This document shows, one piece after another, positions 24,068 to 37,760 of a DNA stretch of 64,000 nt (positions within the stretch are counted from its first letter, which is position 1; every line of letters begins with the position of its first letter). This DNA comes from Felis catus (Eukaryota). The position numbers were made by a program, and so were the translations under genes. The stretch is taken from assembly GCF_018350175.1 (NCBI RefSeq), contig NC_058368.1, forward strand, positions 184,576,001-184,640,000, written 5' to 3'. Below the pieces are notes generated by a model. It searched no databases. It saw only the letters and a list, made by a program, of their open reading frames with translations, and was not told where the DNA came from.

Positions 24068-24800
24068 GTAGGCAGAACAGTGTATCTCCAAAAAGGTCCT
24101 TGTCGTAGTCCCTAGAACCTGGGAATATGTTATGTTACAGGTCAAGGTTGCAGATGGAATTAAGGTTGTCAATCAGGTGATCTTGAGATGGAGAGATTAT
24201 TCTGGATTATCTGAGTGGGCTCAATGTAATCACAAAGGTCCTTATAAGAAAAAGAGAGAGGCAAGGAGTTGCATGTCAGAGGGATTTGATGTGAGAAAGG
24301 AAGTGGCCATGAGCCAAAGAAGATGAGCAGCCTCCAGAAGCTGGAAAAGGCAAGAAAACAGATTCTCCCTTGGAGTCTCCAAGGCAATGCACTCCTGCCA
24401 ACACCTTGATACCAAGTGAGATCCTTTTAGTGTTCTGACCTTCAAAACCGTAAGATAACAAATCTGTGATGTTTTGTTAACTACTAAATTTGTGGTAATC
24501 TATTAAACCTGCAAAAGGAAACTGAATACAGATATTGGTAACTGCAAGTGGGATGATGCTGATAATCATCTAAAAATGTGCAAATGGTTGTGTAAATTGG
24601 GAAATGGAAAGAAGATAGAAGAAATCTAGGGATCATAACAAAAAAGCCTATGTTGCCTCAAGCAGAGTGTTAGAAACATGGATGCTAATGACTCTGATAA
24701 TGAGGAATCAGAAGGAAATGAAGAGAATGGTAGAGAAAATATATATTATGTCTCAGAAAATACCTAAATTGTCGTGAACAGACTATTGGCAATGAAGCTG
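24068..24800 (+). mobile_element. MLT1D-like MaLR LTR (24068-24530) plus internal fragment
   Basis: tgtaggcagaa...ttgcagatggaattaaggtt...ctccagaagctggaaaaggcaag...gaaactgaataca, followed by gatattggta.. internal sequence. Confidence 0.85.
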
Positions 24801-25299
24801 CATTAGTTTGTTACATGCCCATCAAACCTGGGAAATAACTCAGATACATACTCTATATATATAACCTCATTAATTCTTTCTAAGAATTATGGAGAAGCCA
24901 ACAGGAATATTGGTGAAAACTTAAAAAAAATAGAGGTAAACATCTTCACAGGTAAGTAACCACAGGCATAACTAAAAAAAAAAAAAAAAACAGGTATGTT
25001 GCATTATAGAACTCCAACTGATTTTAAAGAAAAGGCCTCCCCCACACTCCAAATCCAGATGGGTTTAGGTGTGGCAGGTTGGGACAGATACTTGGGAGAG
25101 AAGAACTGATCTGTGTAGCTCTGGGTGAAAATAAGTTGGGAACTGTAGAGACTTCAGAACATGGGCCAGCAAGGTAGGGCACTGCATGGGAACAGGGGCA
25201 AGATGTGAAAGACCTTGAGATAGAACAGCCCAAAAGAGATTTTAGTAAATAAAAATAATGAAAAATGGAAAACTTTTATCTACACAGCCAATATAAATA

Positions 25300-25965
25300 T
25301 TAAATGGTGCTAGACCTCAATACTCATCAGGAAAATGAAAATGAAAATCAGAACTACGTATCACCGCACCAGGTAAAAAGGGTGAGGATAGAAGGGTTAA
25401 CAAGAATGTGGAACAATGGCAATTCTTACAAGCTACTTTAAAGAAGTAAATTGCACAACTCTGACCTAGAAATTTCACTCCTAAGTATGTATCCCAGGGC
25501 AGCATTATATACCCTAGCTCTAACCTGGAAACAACCAGAATGTTCATCAACAGTGGAACAGATACGCCATTTGCGTTATGTTCATACAATGTAATATTAT
25601 GCAGCAATAAAAATGAGTGAGCTACAACTACACACAACTTGGATACTGAACATATACTCACAAACATAGAGCTAAAGAACCCTGACACAAAATAATATAT
25701 GGTTTGTCCACATAAAGTTGGAAAACAGAAAAAAAGCTATCCTATAGAGTTTAGAGATGCCTATGTAGGCATGAACTTAAAAGGAAAAGTAAGGCAGTAA
25801 TTGTCGTAAAAATCAGGATGGTGGGAACCGTTGAACACACTGGAATTATAGGAAGGGGGGTTCAGGCATGCTGATGATGGTCAATTCCTTGATCTGAGGA
25901 GTGGTAACATAGATACTCATCTTTGTTTTGTGGATTTTTATGCATGCAGATTACATTTCACAACA
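25300..25965 (+). mobile_element. Old L1M (L1ME-like) 3' fragment
   Basis: catcaggaaaatgaaaatgaaa..., ctggaaacaaccagaatgttcatcaacag. Confidence 0.7.
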
Positions 25966-26107
25966 ATAATGGCAAAGGGTAAATTCAAAGCTGCAAGTAG
26001 GAAAACCACGGTGCTAAAGTTCCTCAAAATCACCACAAACAATTCTGTTTACATCTTACTTGCCTTTCCAAAACAACATGTTTATGAGTTCAAGTCATGA
26101 TTTTTAC

Positions 26108-26226
26108 CCCATGGATATAAATCATTACCATTGGGCATGACAATACATTTGAAATTACTTTCCATAAACGTGCACATATGTCTCTTTGTCTCCTTTTAAA
26201 ATCTTTAATTCAGAGAGCATTTCACA
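26108..26226 (-). pseudogene. Possible cadherin exon remnant
   Basis: Pyrimidine tract plus gcaAG acceptor. NAL / KILKGDKETYVHV resembles G.NA.I.Y.I..GD...F.I. Confidence 0.35.
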
Positions 26227-27079
26227 CTTGCAAACAGCAGAGAAGAATAACAAAATTATAAAAACACATCACTGTGTCCATTATCTCTGTGATATTGGAC
26301 TTGGCCACTGCAGTTACAAACCCCTACCTACATTAGGGAGGGAGGAAAAGAATATGTTTTTTAAGTAACAGCACTTCCACATATAGTGTATGAGAATAAA
26401 GGAATAATTATTGACTAACGGTTTCATACTTATTTGTCCTAAAAGTTACTACAACTAATTCTTTAAGCAAATGAATATTACATGATCATTATTATGTCTA
26501 GTAGCACTTTCAGGTGCCAAAAGCCTAACCCTCTGATGAGACCTTTAGACATATTTCCTTGGTACAAGGGAATGCAGTATCAGTATTCCATGTGTAAATA
26601 AGTTCAATTAACAACGAGTTATAATTGCACAGGGAGATGAAAATTAGTTTAAACAAGTCAATTAAATCATAAACATTTCAGAAATAAGAGGATGTGTTTG
26701 TAATCCAATTAGTGTGTTAATATACTAATAAATTTACTGATTTGAATAGTATCTTAATTGTATAGTAAAGCACCAGAAGAAAAAAAAACAGTATATCTTA
26801 ATTGTCATAAAGGGAGCTTTGGCTACAGTCTGACTACATAAGTTTTGAGAAAATTATCCATGTTAATGAGATCAAAATGCTTCTATCTAGAATAATAAAT
26901 AAGGTTACTTGATGGTTTGGCTAATAAAAATGCATCCAAGGGACAGGGGAAATGACTGAACACAGTGTTGTCTGCCAGATGCTAATTATACTAAGTTCCT
27001 GATGGGAGAGAATGGGACATTTTATACTGTGACCAAAAAAAAAAAAAAAAAAAACCACTTCCATAGTTTGAACACTCAC

Positions 27080-27248
27080 ATAATCATGGGAATAAAATAT
27101 TCCAGGGATAATTCTTTATTGCTACCTCAATTACCACAAATTAAGCTGATATTAATATACTTTACTGCTGCTCAGCCTTAAGTGAAATCAGTAGCACTTC
27201 ACAGATAACTCAAGGGAATGAACTGATCTCCTATTTCTGCGTAATTAC
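27080..27248 (-). pseudogene. Cadherin exon remnant
   Basis: Acceptor ttacAG, donor AT|GTGAGT. LSV / SATDF / RLSSSKVY / INISLICGN. Confidence 0.5.
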
Positions 27249-27499
27249 CTGTAATTTATGGAACACAGAGAGACCATGAGCAGCCTAGTCAAGGTCACCG
27301 AAGAAGGGTGAATTGCACTGTTTTCAATCACCATCTGTGATCTGGGCTGAGGCTGCCACTTCCCCAACTGCCACAAGAGGAAGGAACCCCTCCCCAGCAC
27401 AAGGGTCATAGGACCAAATCCTCAGGCCAAGGGGCAGAATAATCATGAGCTTTAAACAGAGTGTTCACTTTAATGAGTACATGGCATTTGGATGAAAAC

Positions 27500-29870
27500 G
27501 CTGGCTTTATAAGTGATTAATCCACTACTTTTGCTACATATTTATCTCACTACTGGAATTTTTACTTTCCTGTTTTCTTGTTACTAATCAGTACCTTTTC
27601 TTTTCAGCTTAAAGAAGTCCCTTTTAGGGGCTCCTGGGTGGCTCAATGGGTTACGTGTCCAACTGGCTCAGGTCATGATCTCACGTTTTGTGAGTTTGAG
27701 CCCCATATTAGGCTCTGTGCTGACAGCTTGGAGCCTCAGGTCTGCATCAGATTCTGTGTCTCCCTCTCTCTCTCTGCCCCTCCCCTACCCCCTCTCATAA
27801 ATAAATAAACAAACAAACAAACATTAAAAGAATTTTTTAAAAAAGAAGTCCCTTTTAACATCTCTTGTAAAGCCAGTTTAGTGGTGATGAGCTCCTTTGG
27901 TTTTGCTTATCTAAAAACTCTTTTTATCTCATTTTCAGTTCTGAATGATAATCTTTCTGGGGAGAGTATTCTTGGTTGCAAGTTTTTTCCTTTCAGCACG
28001 TTGACTATATCATTCCACTCCCTTCTGGACTGTACGGTTTCTGCTGAAAAATCTGCTACTTGTCTTATGGAGTTCCTTTTATTGAACAAGTTGTTCTTCT
28101 TTTGCTGCTGTTAAGATTCTCTACCTTTAACTTTTCACATTTTAATTATGTGTCTTGGTGTGGCTCTCTTAGGTTCATTTTATTTGGAACTCTATGGGCT
28201 TCCTAGACCTGGATGTCTGTTTCCTTCCCCAGGTTAAGGAAGTTTTCAGCCATTGTTTCATCAAGTAAGGTTTTTGTCTCTTTCTCTATATCCTCTTCTT
28301 CTAGGAACCCTATAATGTCAATACTACTTTGCCTGATGTTGTACCACAGAACCTATACACCACCTGCACATTTTGAGTTTTTTTTTTTCTTTTTGCTACT
28401 ATTTGAGTGAGTTCTACTACTCTGTCCTCTAGATCACTGACCCATTCTTCTGCTTTCTCCAGTCTGCTATCCAACCACTCTAGTCTACTTTTCAGGTCAG
28501 TTTTATTCTTCAGCTTCTGTTTGGTACTTCCTTATATTTTCTATCTCTGTTGAAATTCTCACTCTGTTCATCCACTTTTTTCCCGACTTCCATTAGCATC
28601 TTTATAACCATTATTTTGAGCTTTTTATCAGGTAGATTACTTACTTCCATTTTACTGAGATATTTTTCTGAGGTCTGACCTTGTTCTTTTGTTTGGAACA
28701 TATTCCCTCTTTCCTCACTTTGCTTCACTGTCTGTGTTTGTTTCTATGTATTAGGCAAAACATTTACTTCTTCTAATCTTGAAGAAGTGGCCTTACCTAG
28801 ATGATGAACCTTATAGTTCAACCTTCCTGTAGCTCTTGATTGTCCCTTGAACCTCTGTGGTTTTCTAAACAGCTTGATTTATTCTTGGTAGGTCCTCATT
28901 GTTGAGAATGTGCCAAGACCTATCAGTGTTCCAAAGGGATAGATTTCAGCACCTAGTTTCAGGCTGATTGGAAGCCAAACCCTCAGGCAACAGCTTTAAA
29001 AATATGCAAATATACACAGGTCTGTGGGGCCACAATTATAAACTCTGCTGGCCTCCAGACCAGCAGATCTTAAGGTGTCCCCTGGGCAACAGGTGCAAAC
29101 ATTAGGGCTCCAAATGGGTGTATAAGCTCTTTTCTGGGGAGCACTGGCCAGCTATAGAGAGGCCAGGGGAAAGCCAAAGACGGTATCTCCCTGCCTGTGT
29201 TTCTAAGAGCTCCTCCATGGTCTCTAGATGTGTGACAAACCTGAAACCTGTCCCTCAAGCTAAAGCTCCAGGACAAGTAAAAAGGCCTTTTTCACAGGAA
29301 GACTCAGAGTGTGTTTCAGAGTACTGTCTGTGCAATGCCCTGGGGGTAGGAGCCTGCCAAGAACAGACTTTCTGATTGATACAGTCCTGAGCAGCCCAGA
29401 AACTCAAGCCCCCTGACCACAAGGGCCAGGCAATCAAGGTACATCCCCTGAGTGGACCACACATGCCTGCTGGCTTTACCAATGCAGCTGCAGAGCACAG
29501 AAGGTGGGAACTGCCCACCAGCTTTAGCAAGGCAGTGGGATAATTCCTTGGCTACACATACTTGCCAGCTTTAGCAGGGCGGCTTTAGCTTTAGTGAGGA
29601 GGGGAAGGGAAGGCATGCCCACCAGCTTTAGCAAGGCAGAGAGAAAGTGCCTTGGCTGTGTGCCCACCAGCTTCGGTGAGGCAGCAATAAAGTGCCATGT
29701 CTGCACATGCCTGTGACTTCTACAAAGCAGTAGGAAAAGGCCATAACCATTTGTCCCCACTGACCTTAGCAAGGAAACAGGAGAGTGCCACATCCACACA
29801 TACCACCTACACTGGAAGGGTAGAGGAAGAGTGCTAAAATAGCAAAAACAATAGCATTTTTTAAGCAAAT
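27500..29870 (-). mobile_element. Old LINE-1 5' end (5'UTR plus ORF1)
   Basis: ORF1-like peptides 28510..28728 and 27907..28089 (ADFSAETVQSRREWNDI..LKGKNLQPRI). GC-richer 5'UTR with tandem gcccaccagctttagcaaggcag units. Confidence 0.8.
27627..27841 (+). mobile_element. Can-SINE inside the L1 fragment
   Basis: TSD aaagaagtccctttta. Confidence 0.92.
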
Positions 29871-30029
29871 GTCAGGAAACGAAGAGAGAGAATAATCTCA
29901 TATTAATTAATTTAACAGATATGTAACAACTACTTGCTTTGTACTGACCACCAAAACACAAGGTCCCAGGGGCCTGGGGTTCACAATTCCAGACTTATTG
30001 CTTGGAAGACAAATGGTAAAAAACAAATG

Positions 30030-33000
30030 AAAGTAAATGTAAAAAAAATGATAAATGAGGAGGAAACTATGGCAAGATAAGGAAGGAAAAGTGGCAGAGA
30101 GAGGGGAGAAAGTTTATTTGTAGCAATAAAAGAAGGTTTATCTAATAAGATATATTTGACCACAAGCAAGAAAGAGAAAGCCACATGACTACTGGAGAAG
30201 GAATGTTTCAAGCAGAAGGTAGAATAGGTGAGATTGTGCCAAGACACGGAGGTGTGTGCTTGATATGTTTGGGAAGAGGAAAAGGCTAGGAAGAGGGTTT
30301 GGGAAGGAAACCCTCCCAAAGGAAAAGGTTTGGGAAGAGGCTGAAGTTCAGGAAGCACAGGAGAAAGTTGCAGTACAGGATATCTGAGAAATCACAAAGA
30401 GCCAGATATCAAAAGGTGTTATGAGCCATTATAACAAATTTCCTTTTACTCTGAATGATATTCCCAATTCACTGGGAGCCACCATAAGATGATGTGATCT
30501 GACATGTTTTAAAAAAAACATTTTGACTACTGCTTGTAAATAGATGTTAGTATGTTAGCAACAATCCAGGTAAGAAATTGAGGTTGTTGAATCAGGAAGA
30601 AAGCAGTAGAGGTAGTTAGAAATTATCAGAATTTGGTATATACGTTAAAGGAAAAGACAAGAAGAAACAGGCTGGGACAGAGGGAAGAACTGACGGTTAA
30701 ACTGTAGGCATATTAAGCGTGGGATGCCAGTTTGAAACTGTTGAGAGAGCCAGATGAGTTCATACTGGTCCAGGCTGGAGATGCAAATGTAGAAGTCATC
30801 AGTTTTTCTTTTTAAATAGTTTTTAAAAGCAAAAGTCTAGATGAGATTACTCTGAAGAGATAGTAAATAGAGAAGGAAAGATCCAAGGACTAAGATGGGG
30901 AGATGAGAAAACACTAGCAAAGGAGATGAAGAGGAATTATCTAGCTTCTAGAAGGAAAACAGTCACCCAGATCCAAGTATTATATCTAAGGTCAAGACAG
31001 ATGAAGACTAACACGTGGCCATCGAATTAGCCACGTGAAAGTTACTGGTGATTTCTGACAAGTGTTTCCAGTGGAGAGGTGGCAGTAAAAACTGATCTGA
31101 GTATGTTCAAGGGAATACAAGGACAAGCAAACAGACACCTATTTCAAGGTACTCTGCTGGAAAGAGGGTCATGAAAACAGAATAGAACTGCAGGAAAATG
31201 TGAAATCATGATTATTTTTTCAAATGTGAGAAATTACAGCATACTTGCATGTTGTAAGAATAAGTGAGTAAAAAATGGAGTGGGAGAGGATTGTTGGAGA
31301 ACAAGTGTTGAGTTTGGCATTAGACAGAAACACAGAGATTTCATGGGTATGTTTTTAAGTAGACTGGCATTATGTCAGAGTGGGACCACACAGAAGTTTT
31401 CTTTTACGTGCTTCTACTTTTTCAGTGAAATAGGAAGCAAAGTTATCAAATGAGAATGAAGATGAGAAAGCATGTGTTAAAAGTTTGGTGAAAATGAGAA
31501 GAAAAGGCAATAGTCATCTAAGAGAGTAAAAGAATGAACAGGCTAAGAAAATGAGACAGGGTGACTTAACAGCAGACAGGCCTATGTAAAGATAGTCGTC
31601 ATGAATTTCAAGCAAGGCTGTTCAGCATGGCTTTGTTTTTCTCTGGTCATGTTCAACTATATAGGTCCGGAAGTAAAGTAGAGAGTTGGATTCAACCAGA
31701 GTTCAGTGGTACCAGATAAATACAGTGATGGAACAGAGGAAGAAAGGGCAATGTAGTTGAGAGTATATGCAGGGAAGGGGTTAAAATGACAGATGTGGTA
31801 AAAAAAAAAAAAAATTACCAAACACCAAAAATATCAAAGATAAAGTGATTAGTCTGGCAGAAAGGGAAAGTCACTCTGGAGTGTATAGTGAGTTTCTCTG
31901 AGTGTGAAGTCTGAAGCTGGATATACTGCAAGAAGGAAGAATTTCTATCAAATAGGATAGGATTCTGAAAGGCACTTCTTTATTATAGAGGAGGGTAATG
32001 AAAATCTTTCTTAGGACTGGTAACTAGCTTAAAGATTGGTCATCATCTCGGGGGAGCCTGGGTGGCTCAGTCGGTTAAAGTTCTGACCGGCTCAGGTCAT
32101 GATCTCATGGTTTGTGAGTTCAAGCCCTGTGTCGGGCTCTGTGCTGACAGCTCAGAGCCTGGAGTCTGCTTTGGATTCTGTGTCTCCTTCTCTCTCTGCC
32201 CCTTCCCTACTTGTGCTCTGTCTCTGTCTCTCAAAAATAAATAAATGTAAAAAAATTAAAAAAAAAAAAGATCGGTCATCATCTCATCGTATCTGGTCAT
32301 TTGTGCGGGTATAAAACAGCGTCTGATTCTCAATGAGATGAGATAAAGTAACACAGTGTCAAACTGGTTTAGGGTTAAGAGCAATACAGTCCTTATGAGC
32401 AGATGCAAGAATGTCTAAGATGTAGGGGCAAGCAAAGATCAAATCTTTAAGGGCTAGTACAAGGTATGAGCAAAGATATTTCAAAATTAGACCAGAGAAC
32501 TCAAGATAAGAAAGATACGTTGAAGATAAGAGCAGTGAAAATGTGAGATTCAAGTAAAACCAATGGAGTCAAAGGACTGTTTGCAAGCATATTTGAAGAA
32601 GTGAACTAGAAAGATAAGAGATGGTGGTTGGAAAATGAGATGCTTCAAATGATGGAATGGGTATTATTTTAGAGAATCTCAAAGTCTGAGGCTCACCTAA
32701 GGGAGTATATGGCTGTATTAAGGTAGAGACAAGATTCTTAGGAGAGAAAGACTTAAAAATCACGGTGGTTGGAAGAGTTACTAACATATAAACTAAAATC
32801 AGTCACAATGCTGATGTTGGAGAAAATGACAGTGAGCTAGGAGCTAAAATGTTCATGAAATGAGGAAGTAATGTATCTGTGAAGACTGCAACAAAAGATG
32901 GGTAAGCAGTAGTCTGACCCTTTGGGTTTCAAGACTGGAGACTTTTGGGGAAGACACAGAGACAATGATCTCTAACTGACAATGATAATGACACTACATC

Positions 33001-33250
33001 TTTAGGAAGAGAACAAGCCAAAGAGGAGGAAGATGAGGTCAGATTGGGGATGTGCAGAGCCAAATGAAGATGAGAGCCCAGGTCATGAAAGATGACCTTG
33101 TAAAATCGTAGGCGTCTTGAAGAGGCTGAAGCATATTGGAATGAAGGACATATGGGATTCTTTCTGGTGGATTCCAAGTCAAATTGCAGAAGAGCAACGT
33201 GAGTGTGGAGGAAGAGAGAGAAATGGAGCTCTTGCCAGGAGCTCACTGAG
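30030..33250 (-). mobile_element. Long decayed L2 LINE
   Basis: About 3 kb of purine-rich plus strand with L2 hallmarks (ggctggagatgcaaatgtagaagtcatcag; ctagatgagattac; gttactggtgatttctgacaag). Confidence 0.7.
32050..32266 (+). mobile_element. Can-SINE
   Basis: TSD aaagat(t/c)ggtcatcatctc. Confidence 0.95.
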
Positions 33251-33393
33251 CTCTGGAGCTTCATTATGGTGCCTTTTAGCTCTTCTCTTTTAGCTTTCTA
33301 CATTAGCCCTGGAAAAATGATGATATGCTTTAAGAGTTTCCCATAGTGCTTGGCAACCATCCCCTGCTTTAAGAAAACCTTTGCATAACATAC

Positions 33394-33630
33394 CTGGTCC
33401 TTCTGTTCAATCAGATGCCATATATTGTCAACCAAAGCCTGAATTACATACCACTTTTGTCCAGAGCCCTCAAATATGCATTATGGAAGAAGTTTCATGT
33501 TATTATAAACATACATTTTGCAATGAGGCAAGATGAAGTGTTCAGCTAAGATGTGAAGCTATAACTTTGAGTCGTCTGCCTTTCCCTTGGTCAGTATTCA
33601 ACCAATTCTCAACCAAACTTTCCATTTCAT
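33394..33630 (-). pseudogene. Cadherin exon remnant
   Basis: Donor CAG|GTATGT. ELVEY*P / LKVIASHL (ASD-like) / LRALDKSGM*FRLWLTI / MASD*TEGP. Confidence 0.55.
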
Positions 33631-34441
33631 TTCTGTCTCTTAAACCCTGTCCCTAGTTTATCACCTCCTTGAATTGGTTCCTTCTTTCATTAAAAGATAT
33701 CAAGTACCCATGAAGTGTTATGTGCAACAGGAGATACAAAGATAAATAAGATGCATTTCTGCCCTGGAGGAGTTCAAAGCCTTGGGTAAGAAGCAAACAT
33801 GCAAATAATACACCACTTTCTGGAATGTGGCCTTAACAGTGGGATGTACAAAACATAGTGTTGTGTCCAGACTCTAGAATCCACTTTAGAATTTTAATCA
33901 GAGTTCTTATTTTGGTTTTTTAACCTGTTGGCAATTTTCTGAGTCAGTACTGAAGAGATGACTTGCTTCTTTTTTGTATTCAAAGTCTTGTTTAACTTAA
34001 TCAAGACTTCAGAGCTCTCACTGCCCCAACTTTCCTTCTAAGACTACATGTCAGCAACTGCCACCCATCCAGTTCCTTCATGCAGATATGAACCCTTGCA
34101 GAAAAACACAGGAGGGCAATTGAAAACAGAGGACTTCAACCAAGAATCCTTCTTTATGTAGTAATTCATTCACTCCTTTATTCATTCATTCATTCATTCA
34201 CTCATTTATTCAGTATGAATACTGATTAAATAAAACCTAACTGGTGGGCACTGAACAAGTTTCTGCTTAGTATCTGATGAGAACAAATCAGGGGACAATT
34301 CAGATGACTTCTCATACTTTCTTGGGACAATATCCCCAAGCAGAAAGACAATGGGGATAGGATGACGCTTTATCTATCCCCTAATAATTCAGTGCAGAGG
34401 GAAAAGAATGTGACAGTTTGGAAACAGACAAATGAGCTTAC

Positions 34442-34659
34442 TTTATTCCTAGGTCAGTCTGAAATGAAGTATCCTTGTAAGAGATGCTTCAGCACCAGCT
34501 TAAGGTTCTACACAGGAAGAGGTTTTTCCCTTGTCTGTTATTGGGGATTTAGCCACATAAACAATGTTATTTGTTGTCTTCATGACATGAACACTAAGGA
34601 TTCTAGGTTTAAGGATGGAAATTAGTGGGAATTTCCACTGGGCGACTTCTATTTTCTCA
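34442..34659 (-). pseudogene. Cadherin exon remnant
   Basis: Acceptor gattacAG, donor AA|GTAAGC. ENRSRPV / RILSVHV...NNIVY / NLF / CVEP*AG. Confidence 0.45.
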
Positions 34660-34679
34660 CTGTAATCACTTATACAAAA

Positions 34680-35500
34680 ATAATAAATGACCTTTCTGCT
34701 CTTAAATCCAATGCTCACTTGCTATCCTTGTCTTCTTTAAGCTTTTAGCACCATATGACATGTAGATTGTTCCCTGTTTCTCAAAATGTTGTCTCTTGGC
34801 TTCTCTGACAATTCACTCTGCTAGATATTCTGTTGTAGTTTTTCTTTTTCCAAAATTGGTGTGCCAATTAAAACTACAATGAAGTCCAATGCACACATCT
34901 AGAATAGCCAAAATTAAAAAGAAGAACACAGTACATTGTTGGTGAGGATGTGGAACAGCTAGAATTCTCAGATACTACTGTGGGGTGGGGGGTGATGTAA
35001 AATGGTACATTTACTTGGAAAAGTTCAGCAGCTTCTTCGAATTAAAACACACATGTGACTTACTTAGCAATTCTACTTATAGGTATTTACCCAAAAAGAA
35101 ATAAAAATACTGGTCCATAAAATGATTTGTACCCAAAAACTCATAGCAGCTTTATGCATAATAGTGAAAAAAAAGTGAAGAAGAGAAAGTCATTAACACG
35201 TGAATGAAAAACATGGTACATCCATACTATGGAATACTACCCAGCAATCCAAAGAAATAAATCACTAATATCTGATTTATGCAACAATATGAATCAATCT
35301 CAGAAACATGCTAAGCAAAAGAAGGAATACACCAAAGAGTATATTATTCCATTTATATGAAACTCTAGAACAGGCAAAACCAACTTAGAATGATGGAAAG
35401 AAAATCAATGGTTGCTTGGGGACAAGGATAGGGGTATGCAGGAAAGCGCCTGAGGGAACTTTAGAAGAGGCTGTATGATCAGTTTTGTGCTTGTAAATGT
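34680..35500 (+). mobile_element. L2 fragment (34680-34850) followed by an old L1M 3' fragment (34860-35500)
   Basis: atgacct..aaatccaatg..cacttgctatcc (L2 RT region); gttggtgaggatgtggaacagctagaa (L1M). Confidence 0.75.
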
Positions 35501-35700
35501 TTCACAGCCAACTCTCTGAAAAAAGCATGTATATATATACATATACAAGTTTGTATAAGTTTTACTAATAAAAAAATATATAGCACATAATTTACAATAA
35601 TAAAAAATATAATACACTATACTATATATTCCACATAACCAATTAATTCTCACAGAATGTTTTCATTGATTTTTCCCAAACTCTTACATGCTTAAATTAC

Positions 35701-35994
35701 CTATGTTTCCAGTTCGAACAAATTTTCACAAATAAAATTGCATCCCAATTCTCTAATTCTTCTACCAATAAATTTATTTTCATTATATCTGATAGTGACA
35801 CATTCTTTCTCATTCTCTTGAAAATTACATTTACTAAGCTTCGGCACTATATATGTTGGAACCTAACCTGTTCATCAACGACATGAGTAATTTCTTTCCT
35901 GAACCAGATAATAGTTTTCAAAAATAGGAAGAATATATCCTCAAATACACCCAATTTTTTGTGCTACTCATAAAGTAACAGGTTCAGATATGGC
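35701..35994 (-). pseudogene. Cadherin exon remnant
   Basis: Acceptor aaacAG, donor TAG|GTAATT. AISEPVTL*VAQKIGCI / LLSGSGK / VVDE / TG*V / SLSDIMKINLLVEE. Confidence 0.55.
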
Positions 35995-36039
35995 CTGTTT
36001 AAATTTAACCTACATTGCTGACATTCTACTCTTCACTTA

Positions 36040-36399
36040 CTTGAGACAACTAAAAAGTAAGTTCCTGATTTATAGTGTTTGCCAAATTCTATAGTGTAAA
36101 TACTCTTACCATGGCTGCATTCAAGTTACCAACATGACACCACTGAATACATACCAATATATATGATTTCCTCCATTTAAATAAAACACATGTAAAAACC
36201 CCCAAGATCATAGATAGTATTACATACAGTAAATAAGTAGGAAGTGTTAAATTTCTGAACATGTTTTGTTTTTAATGTAATTTATTTAATTATAACATCA
36301 TATAATTTTAAACTAATGGCTGTATTTAATAACTAGCATCCAAAATTCCAAAAAAATTAAATAATCAGAACCTGCAAGCCAGATCCAACACAACACTAG
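36040..36399 (-). mobile_element. MER63-like (hAT-Blackjack) DNA transposon
   Basis: gtgtaaatactcttaccatggctgcattcaagttaccaacatgacaccactgaa; terminus gcaagccagatccaacacaacact. Confidence 0.7.
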
Positions 36400-36539
36400 A
36401 TAATTTCTGTATCTTGATTAGTATACTGGTTACAGGGTTGTATGCATTTGTAACTATCACTGAAATGTTTACTTAAAATTCATGCACTTTGTTGCATATA
36501 AAGCATACTTCAATAGAGATGATTTAGAGAAAAATAATT

Positions 36540-37760
36540 CATATCCCTTATAGTTTTATGTTAGGCCTCCTTTTCACTCTACTTGTTCTCACTAGGCCCG
36601 TTTATCTCCTCCCCTTGTATCAACATCCATACCTTGATGGCTTCCGATTGTGTATCTCCATGTTTCTCTCTCTCCTGACTGCCACTTTCTTATAATCAAT
36701 CTCCACTAGGATGTTACAAAGACATTCCAAACTCAGTGCATCTAAAACTGTACTCAACATCAAACATTACTCACCCTGTTCTCCTCCACGGCCCCCCATT
36801 ACAGAAAGTTCTTCTACCCACTGAGGTGCACAAGCCAAACATCAATAATGAAACTTAAATCGGGGCACTTGGGTGACTCAGTCAGTTAAGCGTCCGGCTT
36901 CAGCTCAGGTGATGATCTCACGGTTCGTGAGTTCAAGCCCGTGTTGGGCTCTGTGCTGACAGTTACAGAGCCTGGAGCCTGCTTCAGACTCTGTGTCTCC
37001 CTCTCTCTCTCTCTCTCTGCCCCTCCCCCACTCACATTCTGTCTCTCTATCAAAAATAATAAACATTAAAATTTTTTTAAAAATGAAACTTAAATCTCTC
37101 CCACTTCCTAAGGCCACACCTGTAATCAATCCACACCTCTCAAATCTACTCCTAAATATCTCTTATGTTCACTGGTCTCTAGCTCCCTGTTCTCACTACT
37201 CCAGCTCAGACCACAATTATCTCTCATCTGGATTACCCCCCAAAGCCTCTTAATGACCTCTCAGCATTTACTACTGGCCCTCAAATCATTCTGCAAACTA
37301 CATACAGAAAGGTTTTTATACTCGCAATTCTGACCTCACTATTTAGCTTACAAGCACCTACATGATTGGCCCCTGATTATGTCTCCTACATATTTCCTTG
37401 ACATTTACCCCCCAACCTTGCTGAATTTTACTTTCCAACCCCACTGAATTTTTTTTTACTTTCTCTACACAAAATAATCTTTTCTCCTCCTTTATGTAAC
37501 TATTTTACATTCATCCTTCAGATATCAGCTTATGCATTACATCCTTGGGGAAGCCCTCTCCAACCCCTTGCAATGGATGCCCATCTGTATAGTCCCATAG
37601 CTTGTTTCACATCAAAATACTGCACACATAATTTTCTGCCTCCCATACTAGACCATATGCTCCTTTAGGTCAGGGACCATTTTTATTGTGATTGTTGTTG
37701 AAAGACTAATGCCTAGCAAGATGCCTGGAAAACAATTCATCACTTAATATTTACTGAATG
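36540..37760 (+). mobile_element. L2 LINE 3' region
   Basis: Pyrimidine-rich L2 sequence ending aatatttactgaatgga. Confidence 0.75.
36862..37081 (+). mobile_element. Can-SINE inside L2
   Basis: TSD aatgaaacttaaatc. Confidence 0.95.

Noticed and set aside
34680..34760. Apparent ALD(Y)EQK.IYYF cadherin motif
   Set aside because: It lies in an L2 fragment on the opposite strand and needs two frameshifts, so the exon call was restricted to 34442-34659.
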